Shown: piece by piece, positions 33,413 through 41,647 of the stretch | Layout: every line of letters starts with the position of its first letter | Numbering within the stretch: the first letter of the stretch is position 1 | Assembly (NCBI GenBank): GCA_015231775.1 | Contig: JADGAY010000001.1 | Span: 1-55,544 of the forward strand | Reading direction: 5' to 3' | Source of the DNA: Magnetococcales bacterium | GTDB taxonomy: Bacteria > Pseudomonadota > Magnetococcia > Magnetococcales > Magnetaquicoccaceae | Length of the DNA stretch: 55,544 bases | The notes under the pieces: model-generated | Database searches by the model: none | What the model was told of the DNA's origin: nothing | The model's input: the letters and a program-made list of their open reading frames with translations, nothing else | Made by a program: the position numbers and the translations under genes

Positions 33413-33648
33413 TAAGCCGCCTCCGGCGTCCTGATTTTCTGGCCATGTTCGCAGGATCGTTTCGCCAAAGGCGCGAAACGATCCTGCATTCAAGGCGGCG
33501 CGCAAGCGATGTTCACCAAAAATTTGAAAATCGTTTTTTTGTAGAGCGCGCTTAAAGAAAAATTGGAAAAGTCAATAAAAATAAAAGGAAAAACCTCGGA
33601 GGCTCTGCCTCCGAACCTCCGCCGGGGACCTTCGGCCCCCCGTCTCCC
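33413..33648 (+). repeat. Modular hairpin element copy E7 (between recF and gyrB)
   Basis: TAAGCCGCCTCCGGCG, GCAGGATCGTTTCGC-caaaggc-GCGAAACGATCCTGC, clamp module; terminal 55 nt (33590-33644) identical to 55414-55468. Confidence 0.9.
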
Positions 33649-33665
33649 GCGACAGGGGTGATCAT

Positions 33666-34793
33666 CTAAACCACTTTTGTAAACACCCCCTCCGTCACCG
33701 AAAATCCCACCGCTTCCACCACCGCATCCCCAACCCCACCTGACCACCCCCCATCATCCTCCACCGGCGCGGCCACGAACACCTGCCGCCCCCGCCCGAA
33801 CAACACCCGCATCAACGCCCGCGCCCCCTCGGGATCCAACTCCGCCGCCGGATCGTCCAGAACCATCAACGGCGCCTCCCCAATAATCTCCTCCAACCAA
33901 CCTGCCTCAGCCAACTTCAAGGCCAACGCAAACCGCTGCTGCTGGCCGCGCGATCCATATCGGGCCACCAGATGACCGGATAACCGTAACTCCAAATCAT
34001 CCCGCTGCGGCCCAACTCCGGTCTGCCCGGTCTCCCGGTCTCGTGCGCGCGCGCGCATAAATGCCTCGCGCAACACCGCCTCCACCCGCTCAACCTCACC
34101 CTCCCGCGCGCAGGTGTCGGCACTCTCCCCCACCAACGCCACCACGCATACATCCGGATCCAAACCGAGCTGCTCCAGATGATCCGGCAAACCCCGCGCC
34201 AAATGACCCATCGCCCATTGGCGCCGCTGCCCGATGCGGGCGCCCAACCGGGCCAATTGCGCCTCCCAGGCCTCCAGTTCACGGGGATCACCCGCCCCGC
34301 GCAACACCTGTTGCCGCGCCCGCGCCGCGATCTGATACTCCCGCGACTCCACCCCATGCCGCCGGTCGGCGGAAAAGATCACCCAGTCCAGAAAAGCACG
34401 CCGCTCCACCGGCGCGCCCCGCGCCAACAAGGCACTCTCCGGAGTGACCACCACGGCCACCAATATCCGCTCCATGCCGGATACCGACTCCACCGGCTTG
34501 TCGTCGAGACGGAATACCTGCCGACCCGATTCGCCGATCACATCCAACGTGCGCCGCATGCCTCCCGCCCGCGCGACACCATGGACCCGGAACCAGGGCT
34601 GATCCCAACGCCGCATGACGGCAGCGGAGGCCTTGCGATACGAACGACCATTGGCCAACAACGCCACGGCCTCCAGCAGATTGCTCTTTCCCTGACCATT
34701 GGCGCCGACAATGCGATTGAGGCCAGGGGAAAAGGTCAAATGGGCCTCGGAGATGTTGCGGAAATCCTTGAGACGGAGCCATTCCAGATGCAT
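33666..34793 (-). CDS. recF: DNA replication/repair protein RecF
   Basis: DFRN, GANGQGKSNLLEA, ERRAFLD, GPQRDDL, GSRGQQ, LDDPAAELD. Confidence 0.92.
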   Translation of the reverse strand: MHLEWLRLKDFRNISEAHLTFSPGLNRIVGANGQGKSNLLEAVALLANGRSYRKASAAVMRRWDQPWFRVHGVARAGGMRRTLDVIGESGRQVFRLDDKPVESVSGMERILVAVVVTPESALLARGAPVERRAFLDWVIFSADRRHGVESREYQIAARARQQVLRGAGDPRELEAWEAQLARLGARIGQRRQWAMGHLARGLPDHLEQLGLDPDVCVVALVGESADTCAREGEVERVEAVLREAFMRARARDRETGQTGVGPQRDDLELRLSGHLVARYGSRGQQQRFALALKLAEAGWLEEIIGEAPLMVLDDPAAELDPEGARALMRVLFGRGRQVFVAAPVEDDGGWSGGVGDAVVEAVGFSVTEGVFTKVV

Positions 34794-34877
34794 GCAAGCC
34801 AACTTGATCCGGTAATTTTCATTCCGCAATCGCGGGCCTCGGGAACGACTCCCGTCCCGAACCCGCCTGACCAGCGG

Positions 34878-35999
34878 TCACACCCGCATCGGCATCAACA
34901 CGAACAACGCATCGCCACGCTCTGGATCGTATACCAATACCGGGGATTCGTCGTCCTTGAGGGCAAACTGGGCGGTCTCGCCATTCATCACGGTGAGAAT
35001 CTCACGCAGATACCGGGCATTGAAGCCAATGGTCAAGGGATTGGGACCATCGTAGGTGACAGCCATCTCCTCCTCGGCCTCCTCCTGCTCGGGACTGTTC
35101 GTCTCGATGCGCATGCGCGACTCTTCGATGGAGAGACGCACCCCGAGGGATTTTTCATGGGAGAGGGTCGAGATGCGCTTGACCACCTGATGGAACGCTT
35201 CGCGGGTGGTGGTCAGACGCATGGTGTTGCCGGTGGGCACCACCCGCCGCCAATCCGGAAACCGCCCCTGCACCACCTTGGTGACCAGGGTCAGATCGGG
35301 CTTGATCAACTGGGCGTAGGTTTCGCCAAGAATCATTTCCGGTGGCTCATCGTCCTCTTCCAGCAGCTTTCGGATCTCATGGATCCCCTTTTTCGGCAGG
35401 ATCACCTCCCGATTTTCCGGTACCGAGTGATCCAGGGACTGTTCGACCATGGCCATGCGATGGGTATCGGTGGCCACCATGCGGATGCGACCCGGCTGAT
35501 CGGTCTCGGTGGCGGCGGTCACCTGCATGAAGATGCCGTTCAACACATAACGGGTCTCATCCGTGGACATGGCGAACTGGGTTCGCTCCAGCATGCCGAT
35601 CAACTGCTCGCGGGGAATCGCCAGACGGAACTCCCCGTCCGCATCGGGAATGCGCGGAAACTGCCCCGCCGGCAGGGTGGCCAGATCGAAACGGGCCCGA
35701 TCGCAGGTCAACAGCAGCCGCTCACCCTCGCTGCGCAGCCGGATCGCCTTGGCGGGCAGCTCCTTCACCACATCGAACAACACCCGGGCGCCAACGGTCA
35801 TCGCACCTTCCACCACGCTTTCGACCCGTGTCACGGTGCGCAGCGACACCTCCAGATCGGTGGCGGAGACGGTGAGTTGGCCATTGGCCACCTCCAGCAG
35901 GGCATTGCCGAGAATCGGCATGGTGTTGCGTCGCTCCACCACGCTCTGGATGCGCGCCAGAACTTTTAGAAAAGGGTCACGGTCGATGAAAAATTCCAT
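34878..35999 (-). CDS. dnaN: DNA polymerase III beta sliding clamp
   Basis: ATDLE, ETRYVLNG, VATDTHR, GRFPDW, IGFNARY, VLMPMRV. Confidence 0.97.
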   Translation of the reverse strand: MEFFIDRDPFLKVLARIQSVVERRNTMPILGNALLEVANGQLTVSATDLEVSLRTVTRVESVVEGAMTVGARVLFDVVKELPAKAIRLRSEGERLLLTCDRARFDLATLPAGQFPRIPDADGEFRLAIPREQLIGMLERTQFAMSTDETRYVLNGIFMQVTAATETDQPGRIRMVATDTHRMAMVEQSLDHSVPENREVILPKKGIHEIRKLLEEDDEPPEMILGETYAQLIKPDLTLVTKVVQGRFPDWRRVVPTGNTMRLTTTREAFHQVVKRISTLSHEKSLGVRLSIEESRMRIETNSPEQEEAEEEMAVTYDGPNPLTIGFNARYLREILTVMNGETAQFALKDDESPVLVYDPERGDALFVLMPMRV

Positions 36000-36056
36000 T
36001 TTTTTCAAGCACCTTGATCAATCGTTAGCGTCAATGACAAACGCAATTCCAAAGAT

Positions 36057-37415
36057 TCACTTGCGCAACATGCCAGCCAAAGTACTCACCGCCTGCTCCA
36101 GATCCACATCGACCTGTTGCGAGGAGGCGATCTTGTCCACGGCATACAGCACCGTGGTGTGGTTGCGATCCCCGAACTCACGGGCGATCTCCGGATAGGA
36201 GGCCTTGGTCAACTGCTTGCACAAAAACATCGCCACTTGGCGCGGATGGCTGAAACGTCTGGCCCGCTTGCTGGAACGGATGTCCAATGGGCGGATTTTG
36301 TAATAGGCGGCCACGGTTTCGATGATCTTCTCCATCGACAGCAGACGCGGCTCCCCGCGCCGCAACGTGCCGCGCAACGACTCCCGGACCAACGACAGGG
36401 TGACCGGTTCCTTCTCCAGGGAGGCGAGGAGAAAAACCCGGATCAGAGCCCCTTCCAGCTCGCGCACGTTGCTCTGGATCGCCTCGGCCAGAAAAAAAGC
36501 CACATCATCGGACAGCTCCATCCCCTCCAGGGCCGCCTTTTTTTTCAGGATCGCCATGCGGGTTTCCAGATCCGGGGGATGGATATCCGCCACCAATCCT
36601 TGGGAAAACCGCGATCGCAACCGCTCTTCCAGATGTTCGATCTCCCCCGGATAGCTGTCCGAGGAGATGACGATCTGCTTGTTGGCCTCCTGGAGGGCGT
36701 TGAAGGTATGGAAAAACTCCTCCTGCGTGGCCTTTTTTCCAGCAATGAACTGAATGTCATCCACCAGCAGCACGTCCACCGAACGGAAGTTCTCCTTGAA
36801 GTTGTGGACCTGCTTGAACCGCAGCGAATCCACCAACTGGGTCATGAACTTTTCCGAGGTGATGTAGAGCGTCTTGCTCTCCGGTCGGGCGCGCAGCAGG
36901 GCGTTGCCGATGGCATGCAAAAGATGGGTCTTGCCGAGTCCCACCCCACCCTGGATGTATAACGGATTATATGCGGTCGCCGGCGCGTCCGCCACCCTTG
37001 CCGCGGCGGCATGGGCGAATTGATTGCAACTCCCCACCACGAAATTTTCGAAGGTGTAGCGTCCATCCACCCCGAACCGGGCCCCGGTGGGTGTCGGGGT
37101 GGCGGGGCTCTCCTCGACCTGCCGCGCCGGTGGATCGGGATCGACTTGAAACAACAAACGGGCCCCCTGACCGAGCGCCGAGGTGAAGGCGGTGGTCAAC
37201 AGGGCCCCGTAGTGATCCCGAACGTAACTGGCGGAAAAATCGTTGCTGGCCAGAATCTCGATGCGTTGGGGATCCTCGGCACGGCCAAGACGCAACGGTT
37301 TGATCCACATGTCGAAAACAGGAGGAGCCAACTGTTCCTGGATCAGCGCGCGCGCTGCTTGCCAAATTGCCGTCATCTCCATTGCCTGTTTCGCCAGATT
37401 AATCGCGTGATCCAT
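36057..37415 (-). CDS. dnaA: Chromosomal replication initiator DnaA
   Basis: YTFENFVVG, YNPLYIQGGVGLGKTHLL, DDIQF, QEEFFHTFN, NVRELEGAL, RNHTTV; start 37415 or 37382. Confidence 0.97.
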   Translation of the reverse strand: MDHAINLAKQAMEMTAIWQAARALIQEQLAPPVFDMWIKPLRLGRAEDPQRIEILASNDFSASYVRDHYGALLTTAFTSALGQGARLLFQVDPDPPARQVEESPATPTPTGARFGVDGRYTFENFVVGSCNQFAHAAAARVADAPATAYNPLYIQGGVGLGKTHLLHAIGNALLRARPESKTLYITSEKFMTQLVDSLRFKQVHNFKENFRSVDVLLVDDIQFIAGKKATQEEFFHTFNALQEANKQIVISSDSYPGEIEHLEERLRSRFSQGLVADIHPPDLETRMAILKKKAALEGMELSDDVAFFLAEAIQSNVRELEGALIRVFLLASLEKEPVTLSLVRESLRGTLRRGEPRLLSMEKIIETVAAYYKIRPLDIRSSKRARRFSHPRQVAMFLCKQLTKASYPEIAREFGDRNHTTVLYAVDKIASSQQVDVDLEQAVSTLAGMLRK

Positions 37416-37686
37416 CGATGAGTGGGTCCGTTGTGGGTGAAAGGGTGTTCGGCAAGCCCCAAACAGCGCTTTCAAATGTTACCATAACACGATTCAACCC
37501 CGCGACGCTACAGACCTCCAGGAGAAATCATCAGGCTGAAGCCATGCCGCAACGCCGAGCGGGCGACCTTGACAAAAAGGTTTGGATTAACGTAAATGTT
37601 CAATGGTGATACGCGCGGATCCTGTGGATGCTTCAGACATGTGTCATCACGCCACCCGAGCCCAAATCTGCTGAAAGGCCGCCAGC

Positions 37687-39129
37687 ATGAAACTCTTCCC
37701 GCGCATGTTACGCGATCATCTGCCAACCCTGTTATTGTTTTTGACTGTCTCGCTCTACGCCTGGTATCAACTGCGCACCGGTCATCTGGTCAACAAACCC
37801 ACCAAGGACAACTATCTCGATTTTGTCTCTGGTCCCCTTGACTGGATTGAACTGCTCTCCTCGATCCGCACCATCGGCTATCCCCTCTATCTGCGCGCCC
37901 ATTTGGCGTTGTTCGGTTCGGAGCACGGCATTGCCGTGGTGCAGTTTTTCACCCAACTCTTCGCGGGAACAGTTTTCTATTTCGCCCTGATCCGCTTCGG
38001 ACTCCCCGCCGCCGGAGCCCTCTGCGCCGTCCTGCCGATTCTGCTTCTGAAAACCTTCTTCGCCAAGATCGCCACCGACTCCCTGGCCCTCTCTCTTGTC
38101 ATGCTCGCGGTGGCGCTGCTGTTGTTCATCAATACCAGGCCCTTGAAATCATCGCCAAGCCTCTGGCTCCTGCTCGGTTTCTGCACGGCGGCCAGCTATC
38201 ACATGCGTCCCAGCTATCTGCCCATGATCCTCATCGTGCCGATTCTCGGCATGCTGCTTCTGTGGATCCGGGGGCCGCTCGATGGATTCCACATCGATCG
38301 TCTCCTGTTCAAGCAAAAGTTGAAAACCTATCTCTGGGTCGCCATCGCGCCATTTTTTCTTTACTGCCTGCTGCGCCTGATCGTGGTCGGCCATTTCGGA
38401 CTGGTCTCCTTCGGCGGCTATAACCTGGTGGGCCTCACCACGCCGCAATTGACCCAGGAGACGCTGCCCAGACTCTCCCCGGAGACCCGACCCCTCGCCG
38501 AAGCCATCCTGCACCGCCTGGGTCAGAACCCACCCCGCCCCGAACCCGGCGATGATCAGAAACGCCAGGTGTTCGGCTATCGGATCCACCCCGCCGGCGC
38601 CTACCGCCATTACAACGAATACATCTGGCGGATCACCGTTCCGGCGGCGGAACATTTGTACGGCGCGGATCCGGTGCGCGTCAACGCCGTGCTCTCCAGG
38701 CTCTCACGGGAGCTGATCATGATCCATCCCGGCGAATATTTCCGTTGGGTGGCCACCGGGGTGGTGGAGTCCTTGATCTATGTCAGCGATCGGCTGATCC
38801 TCTCGGAGTACACCTTGACCATTCTGCTGGGGATCGTGATATGGCGCCTTTATCTGGCGCTCAAAACCGGCGCGAATCGTTTTCCCAGTCATGGTCATCA
38901 CCATCTGGCTGTTTTGATCGTAGTGGCACTCACCACGTTTTTGCCTTTGACCCTGCTGGTGATCCTGGTCGAACCTCCAATCGATCGCTATCTGCGCGCC
39001 ACCTCGATCTTCATTCAACCCCTGCTTGGATTTTTTATCTGGCAGATCGCGTATAACGGCTGGATCGCCAGGAGACAGTCCACCGTGCCGCAAATCAATC
39101 CCGCTCTCCCGGACAAGGAGTCCGCATGA
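37687..39129 (+). CDS. Multi-pass membrane protein, possible GT-C-type glycosyltransferase
   Basis: Many hydrophobic helices, DxxxY...RTIGYP near the N-terminus, large soluble loop; overlaps the downstream methyltransferase start. Confidence 0.55.
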   Translation: MKLFPRMLRDHLPTLLLFLTVSLYAWYQLRTGHLVNKPTKDNYLDFVSGPLDWIELLSSIRTIGYPLYLRAHLALFGSEHGIAVVQFFTQLFAGTVFYFALIRFGLPAAGALCAVLPILLLKTFFAKIATDSLALSLVMLAVALLLFINTRPLKSSPSLWLLLGFCTAASYHMRPSYLPMILIVPILGMLLLWIRGPLDGFHIDRLLFKQKLKTYLWVAIAPFFLYCLLRLIVVGHFGLVSFGGYNLVGLTTPQLTQETLPRLSPETRPLAEAILHRLGQNPPRPEPGDDQKRQVFGYRIHPAGAYRHYNEYIWRITVPAAEHLYGADPVRVNAVLSRLSRELIMIHPGEYFRWVATGVVESLIYVSDRLILSEYTLTILLGIVIWRLYLALKTGANRFPSHGHHHLAVLIVVALTTFLPLTLLVILVEPPIDRYLRATSIFIQPLLGFFIWQIAYNGWIARRQSTVPQINPALPDKESA

Positions 39130-39830
39130 CGGTCAACGCCTCTTCCGCGACCTACTCTTCGGCGGTGGCCGAGGCCACGACCTACGCGCGCTGGATTCTG
39201 GACACCTTCCGGCCCCATCTCCAGCCGCCGATTCTGGAGATTGGCCTGGGACACGGAGGTTTCGTCTCCGATCTGGCCGCCATCGGCGATTACATCGGCC
39301 TGGATATCGATCCCGAAGCCGTGGCCGAGGCGACGCGGGCCTATCCGGGCCTGCGCTTCATCACGTCCGACATCGCCGATCGGGACTCCCTGGCCGGCGT
39401 GGGAAGGGTGCGATCCATTCTCTGTTGCAACGTGCTCGAACATGTGCCCGACGATCGCCAGGCCGTGATCCATCTGTTGGAGCTGTTGCAACCGGGTGGA
39501 CATCTGCTCATCCAGGTGCCGGCGCACACCTTTCTTTACAACGATCTGGACCGGTTGGCCCATCACCAGCGCCGCTATGGCCGAAAGGAGCTGTTGGCGC
39601 TCTTCGCGGGAGAGTTGGCAGAGGTGATTCGGGTTGATTATTTCAATCCCGTGGGATTCTTCGGGTGGGGGTTGAACAACTTCATCGCCCACGACGATCT
39701 GGATGGGGCAGGGTGCAATGCCCAGATCCGCTTTTTCGTGCGTTATCTGCTGCCCATCTCCAGGCTGCTCACCCCCTTGACACGGGGATTTTTTGGACAA
39801 TCCCTCATGCTGGTGGTCAGAAAAAAATGA
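39126..39830 (+). CDS. Class I SAM-dependent methyltransferase
   Basis: ILEIGLGHG, GLDID, NVLEHVPDD, LQPGG, VPAH...HQRRY. Confidence 0.85.
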   Translation: MTVNASSATYSSAVAEATTYARWILDTFRPHLQPPILEIGLGHGGFVSDLAAIGDYIGLDIDPEAVAEATRAYPGLRFITSDIADRDSLAGVGRVRSILCCNVLEHVPDDRQAVIHLLELLQPGGHLLIQVPAHTFLYNDLDRLAHHQRRYGRKELLALFAGELAEVIRVDYFNPVGFFGWGLNNFIAHDDLDGAGCNAQIRFFVRYLLPISRLLTPLTRGFFGQSLMLVVRKK

Positions 39831-40696
39831 TCAGTTTTGTGATTCCGGCGCTCAACGAGGCCTCCGCCATTGCCGAAACCGTGGGAAAATGTCAGGAGGT
39901 GGCCCGCCAACACGTCCTGGAGCCGGCGGAAGTGATCGTGGTGGATGATGGCTCGACCGACGCCACCGGTGAAGAGGCGAGGCGTCAAGGGGCACGGGTG
40001 ATCCGCCACCCCAAGCCGGGTGGCTACGGCAACGCCCTGAAACAAGGGATCCTTGCCGCCAGTCACGACACCGTGGTGATTCTGGATGCCGATGGCACCT
40101 ATCCCATCGAACGGGTCGGGGATCTGTGGCAGCGCTATCAGCAGGGGTTTGACATGGTGGTGGGACAGCGCACCGGTCCCCACTATCGGGAGTCGCGGTT
40201 CAAGTCGCCACTGCGCGCCATGCTGCGCATGCTGGTGGAGTTCACCACCGGACAGCCGGTACCGGATGTCAACTCCGGATTGCGCATCTTCTCCAGAAAG
40301 ACCATCCTTCCCTATCTGCCGCGGCTGTGCAACACCTTCAGCTTCACCACCTCCCTGACCATGGCCTATCAGATGACCGGTCGTTTCATCGATCATCTGC
40401 CGATCGATTACCACTCCCGCATCGGCCAGAGCAAGGTGCGTCTTTTTCGGGATACCCTGCGTACCCTGCAATACATCATCGAAGCGATCCTCTATTATAA
40501 TCCGATCAAAATCTTCATCCTGTTGAGTCTCTTCTGTCTGCTCCTGTCGGTCCTCTGTCTGGCCGGGGCCATGGCCACCAAACTGCTCAGTCTCTTTATT
40601 CTGGGGATCGGCAACATCTTTCTGGCGATTCTGGTGTTCGCCATGGGCCTGTTGGCCGTGCAACTCAAGGAGTTGATGCGTCATGGTCGCTTGTAA
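39827..40696 (+). CDS. Glycosyltransferase family 2 (DPM1/GtrB-like) with C-terminal TMs
   Basis: VIPALNE, VVDDGSTD, GYGNAL, LDADGTY, DVNSGLR, RIGQSK. Confidence 0.88.
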   Translation: MISFVIPALNEASAIAETVGKCQEVARQHVLEPAEVIVVDDGSTDATGEEARRQGARVIRHPKPGGYGNALKQGILAASHDTVVILDADGTYPIERVGDLWQRYQQGFDMVVGQRTGPHYRESRFKSPLRAMLRMLVEFTTGQPVPDVNSGLRIFSRKTILPYLPRLCNTFSFTTSLTMAYQMTGRFIDHLPIDYHSRIGQSKVRLFRDTLRTLQYIIEAILYYNPIKIFILLSLFCLLLSVLCLAGAMATKLLSLFILGIGNIFLAILVFAMGLLAVQLKELMRHGRL

Positions 40697-40699
40697 GGC

Positions 40700-41155
40700 G
40701 TGATTTTCCTGGTTGGCGCTGGTTTTTCTTTTGGCTGGAACCGGGTCGAGGCCCGAGCAAGTCGCGTCCGAGACGGTCATCACCAACACATCAGCATGGA
40801 GTTGGTGCGCATTCCCGCTGGGCGTTTCATCATGGATTCGGATTCTGCCATCGACTCCGACGCGGTGGCGAATGCCTTCCCATCCGGTGGGGCAGTTGGC
40901 GCCGAACGCCTGGGGATTGCATGACATGTTGGGCAATGTCTGGGAGTGGGTGGCCGATTGGCACGGGCGTTACGAGGCGGGTGAGGTGGTTCAGGATCCC
41001 GTCGGACCGGACCGGAGCGGGGCAGGAGTCGGATCGTGCGGGGTGGGCGTTGGAACAACGCCGCATCCTTTGTACGTGTGGCCAATCGCCATGATTATCA
41101 ACCGGAGTATCGCAGTGGCGCGGTGGGATTTCGGTTGGCGATGACGGAGCGGTGA
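40700..41155 (+). pseudogene. Formylglycine-generating enzyme (FGE-sulfatase/CLec) family remnant
   Basis: Pieces in alternating frames: [13 protein letters not shown]; [23 protein letters not shown]; [10 protein letters not shown]...ANR...GFRLA. Middle of the domain is missing; 5-bp duplication (GGACCGGACCGG) near 41005. Confidence 0.8.
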
Positions 41156-41198
41156 GGGGGGCAGGGGGCGGACGCAGATCGCCTGGTGGAACGGTTAC

Positions 41199-41616
41199 GG
41201 GGGACGGGGGGCCGAAGGTCCCCGGCGGAGGTTCGGAGGCAGCGCCTCCGAGGTTTTGCTTGTGACTTTGCTTTTGGCGCGCTCTTCAAAAAAAGCGATT
41301 TTCACGGGTTTTGTGAAAATCGCTGCGCGCAGCCTTGGAAGGTGCGTCGTTTTGCGATTTTGGCAAAACGACGCACCTTCGTATTGCATTAAAACAGGCC
41401 GCCGAAGGCGGCTTATGGGCTGATGCAATGTGCCATGAGTCGTTGCCAAAAGGCGGCAACGACTCATGGCACATAAGACCCGCGCGTTTGCACGATTTTT
41501 CGCAAAAGGCGCGAAAAATCGCTTATCGTGAAAAGCGCGCGAAAGACAAAATCAAAGGAAAGGTCCCAAGGGCTTTGCCCTTGGATCCCACCAGGGGCCA
41601 CTGGCCCCTGGACCCC
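41199..41616 (-). repeat. Modular hairpin element copy E8 (complete two-armed form)
   Basis: Inverted homolog of 55034-55472; outward-facing terminal modules at both ends, four long hairpins with 7-nt loops, central GCCGCC-gaa-GGCGGC. Confidence 0.92.
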
Positions 41617-41647
41617 GTCCGTTTGAAACCCAACCAATCCCACCGCC

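Noticed and set aside
37416-37686. oriC or promoter upstream of dnaA
   Set aside because: Only two-mismatch DnaA-box-like 9-mers; TTGACA at 37569 lacks a well-spaced -10 element
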